Shown: positions 7,406 to 18,571, counted from the first letter of the stretch. The stretch is DNA of 36,154 nucleotides from Candidatus Zixiibacteriota bacterium (GCA_040235515.1 JBECKX010000136.1:1-36154); one strand, 5' to 3'. Program-made: numbers and translations. Notes: a model not told the origin generated them from the sequence alone.

Positions 7406-9736
7406 ATGGGTAAGAAACGACTATACGAATTAGCACGAGAGTACAACATATCCTCTGAGGCCATGGTGAGCCTGGTGCAGAAGCTTGGCTTCAAAGTCAA
7501 GTCGCACATGTCGGGCGCGGATGACGAGATGCAGGAGGCCATCGCCAAAGAATTCTCGAAGGAGAAGGATGCCGCCAAGAAGGACATGGAGAAGAAGAAG
7601 AAGCTCCAGCAGGACCTTCAGGACAAAAAGGCGGAAAAGCCGGAAGCACCCAAGGGTAAGCTGACCAAGGCCAAACCGGCAGCGGCAGCCAAGCCGGGTG
7701 GTGGTGAGGAGGATGAGGAACTCGAAGTGTACGAGCAACTCGAGGATGAGGGCGGCAAGGAGAAGATCGTCTCCAAGGCGCAGGCTCTCGAGCGCAGCGC
7801 GAAACAGATTACCCAGATTCGGAAGAAGCGGCGTGATCGCAAGAAGAAGAAACGCCGTCCTGAAGTCTCGACAGCCGAGGTAAAGGCGGCGGTCAAGCAC
7901 ACGATGGCGCAGATCGATACCGGCGCCGGCAAACGGAAAAAATATCGTCGGCGTGATCGCTCCACCGGTGAAGCGACCGAGGAAGAGACAAACATTATCC
8001 AGGTAACAGAATATATGTCGCTGGCGGAGCTGGCCAATACGATTGGTGTTAAGCCCGCCGACCTGATTGCCAAGTGTATGGAACTGGGCATGATGGTGAC
8101 GATCAATCAACGACTCGACCTCAATACGATCCAGACACTCGCCCTCGAGTATGGGCTTGAGACCGAGGAGATCAAGGAAGTCGGTTTTGAGGAGGAGGAC
8201 GAGGAGGTCTTCGACGAGTCGGATCTCGAGTTGCGTGCGCCGATCGTGACGATCATGGGGCACGTCGACCATGGTAAGACCTCGTTGCTCGATTATATCC
8301 GCAAGTCGAACGTAGTGGCCGGCGAATCCGGTGCGATTACCCAGCATATCGGCGCCTACCAGGTGCAGACCGAGACCGGGAATGTAACGTTCCTGGACAC
8401 CCCGGGTCACGAAGCGTTTACGGCGATGCGTGCGCGCGGCGCACAGCTCACCGATATCGTGGTGCTGGTGGTTGCCGCCGATGATGGCGTGATGCCGCAA
8501 ACGGTGGAGGCGATCGATCATGCGCGCGCGGCCGGTGTGCCGATCATCGTTGCGGTGAACAAGATCGATAAGCCGGAGGCGAATCCGGACAATGTCAAGA
8601 CGCAGTTGTCGAATCGCAACCTGATGCCGGAGGAATGGGGAGGCAAGACGATCTTCGTTGATGTCTCCGCCAAGACGGGTCAGGGCGTCGACAAGCTGCT
8701 GGAGATGATCCTGCTGCAGGCTGAGGTACTCGAGTTGAAGGCGAATCCGCATACGCTGGCGCGGGGTGTCGTCGTCGAGGCAGAGCTTGACCGTGGGCGC
8801 GGCGTCGTGGCGACCCTAATCGTACAGCAGGGACTACTGCATGTTGGCGAGCCGATCGTGGTCGGCAACTATCATGGCAAGGTCCGAGCGATGATCAATG
8901 ACCGCGGCGAGCCGGTGAAAGAGGTGCTGCCGGGCGAACCGGTACAGATTACGGGGCTTTCCGGAGTACCGCAGGCGGGTGATTCGCTGCATGTTGTCGA
9001 GAGCGAATCGGAGGCGCGCGAGATAGCGTCACGTCGGCAGCAGTTGCGGCGCGAACAGGATCACCGTTCGATCCGTCGGACCTCGCTCGAGAATGTCTAC
9101 GAGCAGATCAAGGAAGGCCAGATACGTGAATTGAAGATCATCATCAAGGGTGACGTGGACGGCTCGGTGCAGGCGTTGCGCGATACCCTGGAGAAGATCG
9201 GCAACGATGAAGTACGCACCAATGTGATCCACTACGGTGTTGGTGGTATCACGGAGTCAGATGTGCTTCTGGCGGCGGCATCCGATGCGATTATTATCGG
9301 ATTCCATGTTCGTCCTGACGCTCGCGCCAGAGAGGTGGCGGCGCAGGAGAAGGTCGATATCCGACTGTACACGATCATTTATGAAGTGGACAGTGATATC
9401 CGGCGTGCCATCGAGGGCTTGCTCGAGCCTGATGTTGAAGAGAAGATTACCGGCCTCGCTGAGGTTAAGGATACATTCAAGGTTCCGAAGTTCGGTGTGA
9501 TCGCCGGCAGCTATGTGCAATCGGGAACGATACACAAGGGTGACAAGGCGAGGATTATTCGGGACTCGATCGGAATCTACTCAGGAACAATCAACTCGTT
9601 GCGGCGCTTTAAGGATGATGCACGTGAGGTGCCTGCCGGCATGGAGTGCGGTATCAAGGTCGAGGGATTCGACGATATCAAGGTTGGCGATTTGATCGAG
9701 GCATTCGAGGTGATCGAGGTTGCCCGCAAGTTATAG
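7406..9736 (+). CDS. infB: Translation initiation factor IF-2
   Basis: [57 protein letters not shown]. Confidence 0.99.
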   Translation: MGKKRLYELAREYNISSEAMVSLVQKLGFKVKSHMSGADDEMQEAIAKEFSKEKDAAKKDMEKKKKLQQDLQDKKAEKPEAPKGKLTKAKPAAAAKPGGGEEDEELEVYEQLEDEGGKEKIVSKAQALERSAKQITQIRKKRRDRKKKKRRPEVSTAEVKAAVKHTMAQIDTGAGKRKKYRRRDRSTGEATEEETNIIQVTEYMSLAELANTIGVKPADLIAKCMELGMMVTINQRLDLNTIQTLALEYGLETEEIKEVGFEEEDEEVFDESDLELRAPIVTIMGHVDHGKTSLLDYIRKSNVVAGESGAITQHIGAYQVQTETGNVTFLDTPGHEAFTAMRARGAQLTDIVVLVVAADDGVMPQTVEAIDHARAAGVPIIVAVNKIDKPEANPDNVKTQLSNRNLMPEEWGGKTIFVDVSAKTGQGVDKLLEMILLQAEVLELKANPHTLARGVVVEAELDRGRGVVATLIVQQGLLHVGEPIVVGNYHGKVRAMINDRGEPVKEVLPGEPVQITGLSGVPQAGDSLHVVESESEAREIASRRQQLRREQDHRSIRRTSLENVYEQIKEGQIRELKIIIKGDVDGSVQALRDTLEKIGNDEVRTNVIHYGVGGITESDVLLAAASDAIIIGFHVRPDARAREVAAQEKVDIRLYTIIYEVDSDIRRAIEGLLEPDVEEKITGLAEVKDTFKVPKFGVIAGSYVQSGTIHKGDKARIIRDSIGIYSGTINSLRRFKDDAREVPAGMECGIKVEGFDDIKVGDLIEAFEVIEVARKL

Positions 9737-9766
9737 GTCCACCTTTCATTAGCGCATAGTTGTTAG

Positions 9767-10048
9767 ATGCATCTTGGTTCCCTGCGAGTTGTCCTTCATA
9801 TTCCACAGTCACGTTCTCTCAAAGCGAAGCGACAGGTCCTGAATCAGATAAAGGATAAATTGCGAAACAAGTTCAACATTTCCCTGGCTGAAGTTGATGA
9901 TAATGACCTGTGGCAGCGTGCGACGATCGGGATTGCGGCGGTGACAAACAGCCATCAGCACCTCGACCAGATTCTCACCCAGGTCGAGAATGCGATCGCT
10001 TCGAATCCCAATATCGTCCTGGTGGATGTCGAACGGGAGTACTATTAG
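9767..10048 (+). CDS. DUF503 (YlxP-like) protein
   Basis: SRSLKAKR, KFNISLAEVDDNDLWQRATIG; conserved position between infB and rbfA. Confidence 0.93.
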   Translation: MHLGSLRVVLHIPQSRSLKAKRQVLNQIKDKLRNKFNISLAEVDDNDLWQRATIGIAAVTNSHQHLDQILTQVENAIASNPNIVLVDVEREYY

Positions 10049-10125
10049 CGTGCTGCAAGAGCACAACCGGCGCCACGAGGGTACGGTTTTACGAGCGAGT
10101 GTAAAGAACTGCGAATGAGCCAACG

Positions 10126-10497
10126 ATGAGCGATTTCTCCAGAGTAGATAGATTGCGCAAGCAGATTCGGGATGTTGTCTCGGAGATCATCCAGCGCCGC
10201 GTGAAGGATCCGAATATCGGGATCGTCACGATCACCGACGTTGAGCTGACCGGGGATCTGCGTGAAGCGAAGGTGTTTTATTCGACGCTCGGTGATGAGG
10301 AGACGCAACGCTCTACGGGGAGGGCATTGAAGAAGGCGTTGGGGTTCATCCAGTCCTCGCTTGCGCGGGAGTTGCGAATCAGGAAGGCGCCGATCATTCA
10401 ATTCAAAGAGGACCGCTCCGCCGAGCGTGCCACCCGCATCCAGGAATTACTCGAACAGATTCACCGCGAAGATGAGAAGCACTCTGACGACGATTGA
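10126..10497 (+). CDS. rbfA: 30S ribosome-binding factor A
   Basis: VKDPNIGIVTITDVELTGDLREAKVFYS and LRIRKAPIIQFKED. Confidence 0.97.
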   Translation: MSDFSRVDRLRKQIRDVVSEIIQRRVKDPNIGIVTITDVELTGDLREAKVFYSTLGDEETQRSTGRALKKALGFIQSSLARELRIRKAPIIQFKEDRSAERATRIQELLEQIHREDEKHSDDD

Positions 10498-11464
10498 AGC
10501 GCAGATCATCGAGCGCATCAAGCGTGCGGATCGATTCCTGATAGCCGCACATGTAAACCCGGATGGTGACTCGATCGGCTCGCAGTTGGCGCTGGCACAC
10601 CTGAGTCGCGAACTGGGGGCGAAACCGGAGATCATCAGCCACGACCCGGCATTCCCGAAGTATGCATTCCTGGAAGGAGCGGAAAAGATTGTTGTCTATG
10701 ACGACGCTCGCGACACCAGCGGGTTCGACTTTGCCGTATTGCTGGAAGCACCGGAGTTGAGGCGAATCGGTGATGTCCAGAATCTACTAAGCGACAATTG
10801 TGAAATCATCAATATCGACCACCACCAGGACAATGAGGAGTATGGAGCAATCAACCTCGTCGACCTGGACGTGGCTGCGGTCGGGATTTTGATCTATCGG
10901 CTGTTTCACGCAGCCGGGGTAGAGGTGACCCGTGGGGTGGCGGAGTCGCTGTTCACCTGTATCCTGACCGACACGGGGCGATTTCGTTTCGGAAGCACCA
11001 ATTCTGAGGCGATGCGCGTTTGCGCAGAGTTGCTGGAACTGGGCGCCGATCCGAAGAAGATCAGCGACGCGTTGTATGCGTCATACTCAGAATCACAGTT
11101 GCGGATGCTCGGTGAATTGCTCGCAGCAATGGAGATTCATCATGGCGGTGAGAGCTGCCTTCTGGTTCAGGGCCATGATATGCGCACGCGCCTGGTTGAT
11201 GGTCACCCGGAGATGGAGAGCCTTTCCGATTACACGATCTACACTCGCGGGGTCAAAATAGGGGCATTGATCCGTGAGTTGAGCGCGAACAGAACCAAGG
11301 TGTCGCTACGCAGCCATGATCCCTATGATGTCTCGGCGATTGCCAGGGCGTTTGGCGGCGGTGGTCACCGTAATGCCGCAGGCTGTGTCCTTGACGTGCC
11401 GCTTGAACAGGCCAGGGAAGCGTTGCTGCGCAAGATCGAGGAAGCACTGCAGCGGGTCGCTTGA
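10472..11464 (+). CDS. nrnA: DHH/DHHA1 bifunctional oligoribonuclease / PAP phosphatase
   Basis: HVNPDGDSIGS, NIDHH, ILTDTGRF, KVSLRS, FGGGGHRNAAG; start at ATG 10472 overlapping the rbfA end. Confidence 0.92.
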   Translation: MRSTLTTIEAQIIERIKRADRFLIAAHVNPDGDSIGSQLALAHLSRELGAKPEIISHDPAFPKYAFLEGAEKIVVYDDARDTSGFDFAVLLEAPELRRIGDVQNLLSDNCEIINIDHHQDNEEYGAINLVDLDVAAVGILIYRLFHAAGVEVTRGVAESLFTCILTDTGRFRFGSTNSEAMRVCAELLELGADPKKISDALYASYSESQLRMLGELLAAMEIHHGGESCLLVQGHDMRTRLVDGHPEMESLSDYTIYTRGVKIGALIRELSANRTKVSLRSHDPYDVSAIARAFGGGGHRNAAGCVLDVPLEQAREALLRKIEEALQRVA

Positions 11465-11468
11465 GCTT

Positions 11469-12419
11469 ATGACGATAAACGGATTCCTGCTTATTGATAA
11501 ACCACAGGGGATGACTTCTTTCGGCGTCGTCGGGCGCGTGCGGAAACTACTCGCTGTGCGCAAGGCGGGCCACTGTGGCACACTCGATCCATTGGCGACG
11601 GGGCTGCTGATCGTCTGCCTCGGAAAGGCAACCAAGCTGGCGCGCTTTGTGCTCGGGAGCAGGAAGTCATACCAGGCCGCGATTACCCTCGGTGCTACAA
11701 CCGACACCTATGATCGCGAGGGGACAGTTCAACCGGGAAAGTCTGACATCATCCCCACCAGTGATGAAATCAAGCAGGCTCTGAAAGGGTTCGTTGGGCG
11801 GATCAAACAGACGCCTCCAATTTATTCGGCGCTTAAGGTAAATGGAAAACCGTTGTATAAATATGCGCGCGAAGAAGCTGAAGTGGCGGTGGAACCGCGC
11901 GAGGTTGTCATTGAAAGTATTGAATTAACTGAGTATAGCTATCCGACTCTTAAGCTATCAGTTACGTGTGGCTCCGGCACCTATATTCGCAGTCTGGCGC
12001 ATGATCTGGGGCAGCAGCTCGGGTGCGGCGGGTTCATAGAGGAGTTGCGGCGAGAACGTGTGGGGGATACATCGGTCGAGAGTGCGATCTCTCTGGAGGA
12101 GTTGGAGCGAGTGGTCACGAGATGTAAGACGAAAGCCGAGGTACCGAGCGCCATCGGAAGGGCGTTCGTCGAGCTTGAAGATATGATTACGCTACCGGCG
12201 ATCACGGTAGAGGATGGCAAGCGCTCCCAGGTGGAGCATGGCGTACCGCTGTGTGCCGAGGATATATCGCAACCGGCCGATGAACTGGCGGCTAACCAGT
12301 TGGTGGCGCTGCGAGCATCGTCGGGCGATCTTCTGGCAATCGGGCGAACTCTGTGTCGATCGGCGGAACTGTCACAGTTGGGAAGCGAGCGGGTTATCGA
12401 GTATGTCCGCGTGATTTAA
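11469..12419 (+). CDS. truB: tRNA pseudouridine(55) synthase
   Basis: GFLLIDKPQGMTS, GHCGTLDPLATG, PPIYSALKVNGKPLY, GTYIRSLAHDLG; start at ATG 11469. Confidence 0.97.
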   Translation: MTINGFLLIDKPQGMTSFGVVGRVRKLLAVRKAGHCGTLDPLATGLLIVCLGKATKLARFVLGSRKSYQAAITLGATTDTYDREGTVQPGKSDIIPTSDEIKQALKGFVGRIKQTPPIYSALKVNGKPLYKYAREEAEVAVEPREVVIESIELTEYSYPTLKLSVTCGSGTYIRSLAHDLGQQLGCGGFIEELRRERVGDTSVESAISLEELERVVTRCKTKAEVPSAIGRAFVELEDMITLPAITVEDGKRSQVEHGVPLCAEDISQPADELAANQLVALRASSGDLLAIGRTLCRSAELSQLGSERVIEYVRVI

Positions 12420-12434
12420 GCGGGCGGCAGGCGC

Positions 12435-13430
12435 GTGAAGATGCAGGTACTGAGAACGATAGAGGAAGCGGCCGCGTGGGTCGCTGAAAAGGATGCGCAG
12501 AGCGCGATTACGATCGGCAATTACGATGGGATTCATCGAGGCCACCTGGAGTTGATACACCGTCTCGAGTCGGAAGCGGCCCGGAAGCAGTTGCTTTCGA
12601 TCCTGATTACTTTTGAGCCGCACCCCCAGGCGGTATTGGCCAAATCGAACCCGCCGGCGATCCTGACGACCCTCAACGAAAAGCTACGCGTGCTACGCGA
12701 ACAAACCGAGCTCGATGCTGTTTTAATATTAGAGTTCAATCGCGAACTGGCCGAGGTTTCCGCCGCCGATTTCTTGCAGGAATTCCTGGTGAAACGGCTC
12801 GCCTGTCGGTCTATCGTGATCGGGTTCAACCACGCCTTCGGTCACAAGCGGGAAGGGAACCTGGAGTTTTTGAAACAGCACGCCGCCGCGCTGGGCTACG
12901 ATCTTGTTGCGGTAGAGCCGGTTCTCAACGGCGACAAGACGGTGAACAGCAGCCTGGTCCGGGAACTACTGCAGGCCGGCAGGGTTGAAGAGGCGATTGC
13001 GCTACTGGGACACGACCTGGAATTCACCGGCACGGTGATTCATGGAAAGGGAATCGGCCGCGAGCAGGGTTATCCGACCATCAACGTGAAGCTCCCCGAC
13101 GAGAAGATTGTGCTTCCATCTGGAGTCTATGCCGCTTATACTATAGTTTATACCAAATCTGTCTCTGTGTCGGGTGGGGAGAGCGGAGGCGGAAGCGGTG
13201 AAGGTCATGCCGAGCGTTACTATGGCATGATGTATGTCGGCGAGACGAAACAGGAGTTTGACCTGGAGGTAAACCTGTTCGACTTTGCCGGTGATTTGTA
13301 TGACAGAAGGGTGAGCGTATATCCTGTTGCGTATACGCGACCATCGATTAGATTCGCTTCGACCGAGGAGCTGATAGAGCAAATCGGCCGGGATGAAAGA
13401 GAGATTAAGAGCAAGTTTAATCTAATATGA
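12435..13430 (+). CDS. ribF: Bifunctional riboflavin kinase / FAD synthetase (atypical kinase domain)
   Basis: [39 protein letters not shown]; truB-ribF-rpsO-pnp synteny. Confidence 0.92.
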   Translation: MKMQVLRTIEEAAAWVAEKDAQSAITIGNYDGIHRGHLELIHRLESEAARKQLLSILITFEPHPQAVLAKSNPPAILTTLNEKLRVLREQTELDAVLILEFNRELAEVSAADFLQEFLVKRLACRSIVIGFNHAFGHKREGNLEFLKQHAAALGYDLVAVEPVLNGDKTVNSSLVRELLQAGRVEEAIALLGHDLEFTGTVIHGKGIGREQGYPTINVKLPDEKIVLPSGVYAAYTIVYTKSVSVSGGESGGGSGEGHAERYYGMMYVGETKQEFDLEVNLFDFAGDLYDRRVSVYPVAYTRPSIRFASTEELIEQIGRDEREIKSKFNLI

Positions 13431-13443
13431 GGAGTACTTAGAA

Positions 13444-13713
13444 GTGCCACTTCAGAAAGAGAAGAAAGAAGAAATCATCGGCCATTTTCGGCTGCATGAT
13501 ACTGACACCGGTTCGCCGGAGGTTCAGATTTCGCTGCTGACTCAGCGCATCAATGAGATGACGCTGCATATGCAACGTAATCCGAAGGACCTTCATTCGC
13601 GACATGGCCTGCTCAAGATGGTGGGTCGTCGCAGAAAGATGCTCGATTACCTGAAGCGTAAGGATATCGAGAGTTACAGAAACCTGATTGAACAGTTGGA
13701 GCTGCGCCGCTAA
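13444..13713 (+). CDS. rpsO: 30S ribosomal protein S15
   Basis: [13 protein letters not shown] and [17 protein letters not shown]. Confidence 0.99.
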   Translation: MPLQKEKKEEIIGHFRLHDTDTGSPEVQISLLTQRINEMTLHMQRNPKDLHSRHGLLKMVGRRRKMLDYLKRKDIESYRNLIEQLELRR

Positions 13714-13802
13714 TGTTGATCGGCCCCGGCCGGAATGCTGTCGCACGCGCACCGCGCGCGTCGTTGCGCACTATTGTTGTTGTTGAGGATAGGATATAAG
13801 TA

Positions 13803-16013
13803 ATGGAAGTTTTTGAGTTAGAAGTTGGCGGTCGCACTTTATCAATTGAGGTCGGCAGAGTAGCAAGACAAGCAGCTGGTTCATGCTGGGTGCGCTATGG
13901 TGACACGGTCAGCATGGCGGCGGTATGTGCAGCCGATAAGCCGGACCACTCGCGCGGATTCTTTCCGCTTTCGGTGGATTACCGCGAAAGAACGTATGCC
14001 GCAGGAAAGATTCCGGGAGGATTCTTCAAGCGGGAAGGACGCCCATCAGAAAAGGAAATTCTGTCGGCGCGTCTGATCGACAGGCCGTTGCGTCCGCTCT
14101 TCCCAAAGGGCTATGCCAACGAAGTTCAGGTGATGATTACGACGCTCTCGTCGGATCAGGAAAATGACGCTGACATTCTCGGTTTGATCGGCGCATCGGT
14201 TTCGCTCAACCTCTCGGACATTCCGTTCCCGGAGCAGGTTGCGGCGGTGCGAATCGGACTGATCGAGGGAGAGATGATCGTCAATCCGACATTCAGCCAG
14301 CTCGCGGAATCGCGTCTCAACCTGGTGATTGCCGGAACCGCAGAGCATATCGTGATGGTCGAGGGTGGCTGTGAAGAAATCACCGAGGATGAGCTGCTGC
14401 AGGCACTCGATCTGGGTCATAAGCAGATCGCGCAGATCTGCGGCAAGATAAAGGAGATTCGCGAGAAGCTCGGCAAGCCGAAGGCGGAGGTTATCCTTCC
14501 CGACATCCCGGAGGGGCTGGAAGCCAAAGTGCGCGAACTGGCGGCGGAAAAGATTCGCCAGGCGCACGAGATTCATGACAAGCATGCGCATTCCGAGGCG
14601 GTTCGCAAAATCGTCGAAGATACACTTGCTGCGCTCGAGGAGGAATTCCCCGAGTGTGAGATGTGGATCAAGCAATATATCGACGAGCTTGAGGCGCAAG
14701 ATCTCAGGCGTCGGGTGCTGGACGATAAGATTCGCGTTGACGGCCGTGATCTGAAGACGATTCGCCCGATCACCTGCGAGGTGGCGGTACTGCCGCGCAC
14801 GCATGGTTCGGCTCTCTTCACACGCGGTCAGACCCAGGCGCTCGTGGTTGCCACGCTCGGCACCAAGATGGATGAACAGATCATCGACGCGCTCGAGGGT
14901 GAGTCGAAGAAGAGTTACATGCTGCATTACAACTTCCCGCCGTATTCGGTCGGTGAGGTTCGGCCCGCGCGCGGCCCCGGCCGTCGTGAGATCGGGCATG
15001 GTGCGCTGGCGGAACGTGCGCTGGAACCGGTATTGCCGCACGAAGATGATTTCCCGTACACGATCCGTATCGTGTCTGATATTCTGGAGTCGAATGGTTC
15101 ATCATCGATGGCTTCCGTCTGCGGCGGCTCACTGGCGCTGATGGATGCCGGTGTGCCGATCAAGGCCCCGGTTGCCGGTATCGCGATGGGTCTGGTGCTG
15201 GAGCCTGATGGCAGGTACTCGATCCTGACGGATATCATCGGCAACGAAGACCACCATGGTGACATGGATTTCAAGGTAACCGGTACGCGTGAGGGAATCA
15301 CCGCATTTCAGCTTGATATCAAGGTGGGTGGCCTGACGATCGAGATCATGCGCGATGCGCTCAATGCTGCTCGTGAGGCCCGGCTCTTTATCCTCGACAA
15401 GATGGAAGAGACGATCAAGGAACCGCGGGCTGATATCTCGATGTACGCGCCACGAATTATCACCATCAAGATCAAGCCGGATCGTATCGGCGATGTGATC
15501 GGGCCCGGTGGCAAGATCATACGTTCGATCGTTGAAGAGACCGGCGCCAAGATCGATATCGATGATGATGGTACCGTGCTGATTGCCGCGGTTGACGGCG
15601 AGGCCGGTCAACGCGCCAAGGCGATGGTTGAGGCGTTGGTCGAGGAGCCGGAGGTAGACAAGGTCTACATGGGCACCGTGAAACGCATCGCCGAGTTCGG
15701 CGCTTTCGTGGAGATCATCCCGAATCTCGACGGTTTGCTGCATGTCTCCGAGATCGCGCATCATCGCGTCGAACGGGTGGAGGATGAGCTTAAGGTTGGC
15801 GACAAGGTCGAGGTTAAGGTGCTCTCGGTGGAACGCGACGGCAAGATTCGCCTGTCGAAGAAGGCGCTGACTGAAGCGCCCGAGGGTGCGTATGCCGGTG
15901 GCGGCAACGACCGTGGTGGCCGCAGCGGCGGAGGTGGTGGTGGACACCGCCCGCGTCGTGGTGGCGGGGATCGCCGTGGCAGCCGAGACCGTGATCGCGG
16001 ACGTCGCGACTAA
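13803..16013 (+). CDS. pnp: Polyribonucleotide nucleotidyltransferase (PNPase)
   Basis: FFPLSVDYRE, GKIPGGFFKREG, LESNGSSSMAS, GDMDFKV, KH and S1 domains. Confidence 0.99.
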   Translation: MEVFELEVGGRTLSIEVGRVARQAAGSCWVRYGDTVSMAAVCAADKPDHSRGFFPLSVDYRERTYAAGKIPGGFFKREGRPSEKEILSARLIDRPLRPLFPKGYANEVQVMITTLSSDQENDADILGLIGASVSLNLSDIPFPEQVAAVRIGLIEGEMIVNPTFSQLAESRLNLVIAGTAEHIVMVEGGCEEITEDELLQALDLGHKQIAQICGKIKEIREKLGKPKAEVILPDIPEGLEAKVRELAAEKIRQAHEIHDKHAHSEAVRKIVEDTLAALEEEFPECEMWIKQYIDELEAQDLRRRVLDDKIRVDGRDLKTIRPITCEVAVLPRTHGSALFTRGQTQALVVATLGTKMDEQIIDALEGESKKSYMLHYNFPPYSVGEVRPARGPGRREIGHGALAERALEPVLPHEDDFPYTIRIVSDILESNGSSSMASVCGGSLALMDAGVPIKAPVAGIAMGLVLEPDGRYSILTDIIGNEDHHGDMDFKVTGTREGITAFQLDIKVGGLTIEIMRDALNAAREARLFILDKMEETIKEPRADISMYAPRIITIKIKPDRIGDVIGPGGKIIRSIVEETGAKIDIDDDGTVLIAAVDGEAGQRAKAMVEALVEEPEVDKVYMGTVKRIAEFGAFVEIIPNLDGLLHVSEIAHHRVERVEDELKVGDKVEVKVLSVERDGKIRLSKKALTEAPEGAYAGGGNDRGGRSGGGGGGHRPRRGGGDRRGSRDRDRGRRD

Positions 16014-16103
16014 GCGACCGCCGAGATCGAGCGCTTGCGCCGTGTCCGCGGATAGCCGCGCGACAAAGATCAGACACCTGTTTCAAGAAGACGTCTAACA
16101 TTA

Positions 16104-17378
16104 ATGATAAAGACGAAGTATAGTCGCACTGTTCTCGATAACGGCCTTCGGGTCGTTACCGAGAGCATGCCATATCTCAAGTCGGTGACGATCGGGATCT
16201 GGATTGATGTCGGTAGTCGTGACGAGACCGCCCGCGAGAACGGGATTTCACATTTCATCGAGCATATGTGTTTCAAGGGGACCAAGCGGCGCTCGCCGGT
16301 CGAGATCGCTCAGAGCCTGGAAACGCTCGGCGGAACGCTCAACGCCTTCACCAGCCGCGAGCACACCTGTTACTATTGCCGCATCCTGGATGAGCATTTC
16401 GATCTGGGCTTTGATGTACTCTCGGATATTGTGGGGCACTCGGTGTTCGACAAGACTGAGATGGAGCGGGAGAAAGAGGTGATCTGCGAAGAGATCAAGG
16501 ATGTGCAGGACACGCCCGCCGACCTGGTCCATGACTATTTTGCCAGGACCGTCTGGGACCCGCATCCGCTGGGTCAGTCGATCATGGGAAACGCTGAGGG
16601 GATCAAGCAACTGCAACGGAAGGATATCCTCAATTTCATTTCGAGGCACTACACGGCGGATCGCATCGTGGTTGCGGCTGCCGGTGCGGTGGATCATGAC
16701 CACCTCGTGGACCTGGTACAGGCGCAGTTGCAGGTCGCTACTCCGCGCAAGGGGAGCAACCATAAGACGCCGACATACGATGCCGGCAAGCGTGTGGTGT
16801 TCAATCGCAAGTTACAGCAGACGCATATCTGTCTTGGTTTTCCGAGTTTTCCATTCAGCGACAAGCGTCGGATGGCGATGCTGATCCTGAATACGATTCT
16901 GGGCAGCGGGATGGGTTCACGTTTGTTCCAGTCAGTGCGGGAGAAGCGCGGACTGGTTTATACGATCTACTCCTACCAGGATTTTTACCGCGATACCGGT
17001 TTGTACGGACTCTACCTCGGAACCGACGCAGCCAAGGCGCGCGAAGCGCTGGATGTGATCATGGAAGAGCTTGCGGCGGTCAAGAGCAATTCGTTAACCG
17101 AGGAAGAGATTGACCGCGCCAAGTCGCAACTGAAGGGAAACCTGATGCTGGCGCTGGAGGGTTCATACAGTCGTATGAATCGCCTGGCGCGCCATGAGCT
17201 GTTCCTGAACAAGTTCGTAAGCCTTGATCAGACAGCCAAGGAGATCGACGCGGTGACGATCGATAAAGTGCGTGATGTCGCCGCAGATACGTTCCGCAAT
17301 GACGCGATGACGATGGTAGCGATGGGGCCGGTCAAGAAATCGCTGGTGAATGAGGTTGACTGGTCGAAGCTGGACTGA
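16104..17378 (+). CDS. M16 family (pitrilysin-like) zinc peptidase
   Basis: GISHFIEHMCFKGT (HXXEH), NAFTSRE, GSGMGSRLFQSVREKRGL; usual neighbour of pnp. Confidence 0.95.
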   Translation: MIKTKYSRTVLDNGLRVVTESMPYLKSVTIGIWIDVGSRDETARENGISHFIEHMCFKGTKRRSPVEIAQSLETLGGTLNAFTSREHTCYYCRILDEHFDLGFDVLSDIVGHSVFDKTEMEREKEVICEEIKDVQDTPADLVHDYFARTVWDPHPLGQSIMGNAEGIKQLQRKDILNFISRHYTADRIVVAAAGAVDHDHLVDLVQAQLQVATPRKGSNHKTPTYDAGKRVVFNRKLQQTHICLGFPSFPFSDKRRMAMLILNTILGSGMGSRLFQSVREKRGLVYTIYSYQDFYRDTGLYGLYLGTDAAKAREALDVIMEELAAVKSNSLTEEEIDRAKSQLKGNLMLALEGSYSRMNRLARHELFLNKFVSLDQTAKEIDAVTIDKVRDVAADTFRNDAMTMVAMGPVKKSLVNEVDWSKLD

Positions 17379-17414
17379 TAAGAGAATAACGCAGATCACT
17401 CCTCAATCATACCT

Positions 17415-18227
17415 ATGAAGGCACTACTGCTGATACTTGTCGCGATTGCTGCCTTCTCGCTGTTAATCCTGATCATATCACTTCTGTTCGGGGGAAGACG
17501 CAGAGCCTCGAAGGTGCTGCTGTTTCATAGCACGGACGAGAATCCCAGGGATTCCTCTGCGGTCTCGAGAAAGACGCTTGAGAATGTCATACTGCGGATC
17601 AAGTCGGCCGGGCTGAAGTTCGGGACGCTGGCGGACGCAGCCAAAGAGAATAACGTTGTCTGTCTGACATTTGACGATGGCTATGATGATCTGATGAAGG
17701 TGCTACCGTTGTTGAAGGAGCAGAAGGTGTCGACCGTCGTGTTTATTCCAACCGACTACATTGGCAAGGCCAACGATTGGGATCATGTGATGCTGCGCGG
17801 CAAACGGAAACATCTGGACAAAGCTCAGATCAAACAGCTGGCGGCGGCGGGAGTAAAGTTTGGCAGCCACGGTCATACGCACCGCGATCTGACGCTGATG
17901 AACGATGCTGATCTGAAGCAGGAGCTTGAGTACTCACGGCAGTTGCTGGCGGCAATCACCGAACAGAAGGTGGAGTATATTGCTTACCCATTCGGGCGGT
18001 ACGACACGCGGGTGGAGGAGGCGGCCCGAAAGGCGGGCTATCGCAACGGGCTGGCGGCAAATGGCATCGGAAGTGATTTCACGATCGGGCGTGTAGTGGT
18101 CAATCGGTTCGATAACCGGATGACGATTTCGCAGAAGCTGACCGACGGACCGCTGAATGTTAGCCTGTTGTGGCGGGATGCGATTATCAATCAGTTTTCG
18201 CGTTTGACGAAGGTTACGGCACGATAG
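17415..18227 (+). CDS. Membrane-anchored polysaccharide deacetylase (CE4/NodB domain)
   Basis: N-terminal hydrophobic helix; LTFDDG, GSHGHTH and AYPFG motifs. Confidence 0.9.
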   Translation: MKALLLILVAIAAFSLLILIISLLFGGRRRASKVLLFHSTDENPRDSSAVSRKTLENVILRIKSAGLKFGTLADAAKENNVVCLTFDDGYDDLMKVLPLLKEQKVSTVVFIPTDYIGKANDWDHVMLRGKRKHLDKAQIKQLAAAGVKFGSHGHTHRDLTLMNDADLKQELEYSRQLLAAITEQKVEYIAYPFGRYDTRVEEAARKAGYRNGLAANGIGSDFTIGRVVVNRFDNRMTISQKLTDGPLNVSLLWRDAIINQFSRLTKVTAR

Positions 18228-18450
18228 GGGGGAGTACAGAAACCCGGCCCAGCCGCTGGGTTACCCGCACAGGATTATCTTGCCCTCAATAGTTATCAAG
18301 TAACGCGGTGCACGAGGACGTACACCGCGCACGAGAACACGTAGTACTGCTTCGCCATCAGGCACAACCAACTAAGATCGCCACGTCCCGGTTCGACTTC
18401 GTCGCGCTCATCATCGCGATGACAGTGCCCCGGGTTTCTGCAATGATCCC
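18227..18450. mobile_element. Possible MITE-like or structured non-coding element with terminal inverted repeats
   Basis: CAGAAACCCGG (18237-18247) is the exact reverse complement of CCGGGTTTCTG (18430-18440); extends to 16/21 matches; internal hairpins. No clear target-site duplication. Confidence 0.35.
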
Positions 18451-18507
18451 AAGCTGAGCCTGCAAATGAGAACGTAACCGGATCATCGCCCTTCCCCCAA
18501 AAACCCC

Positions 18508-18535
18508 TTGCGGACATTGGGAAAACGGCTATTTT
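18508..18535 (+). promoter_or_regulatory. Weak candidate sigma-70 promoter for asnS-leuS
   Basis: TTGCGG-16 nt-TATTTT about 35 bp before asnS. Confidence 0.3.
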
Positions 18536-18571
18536 CAAAGCTAATTTTTGACGTAAGAATCTGGTGGAGCT

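Noticed and set aside
10361..11468. Extended starts for nrnA (10361) and truB (11316) in the ORF track
   Set aside because: They overlap upstream genes extensively; family similarity begins at ATG 10472 and ATG 11469.
18386..18404. tRNA-like GGTTCGACT, or a T-box leader before asnS
   Set aside because: No paired T-stem or cloverleaf; no T-box consensus or terminator visible.
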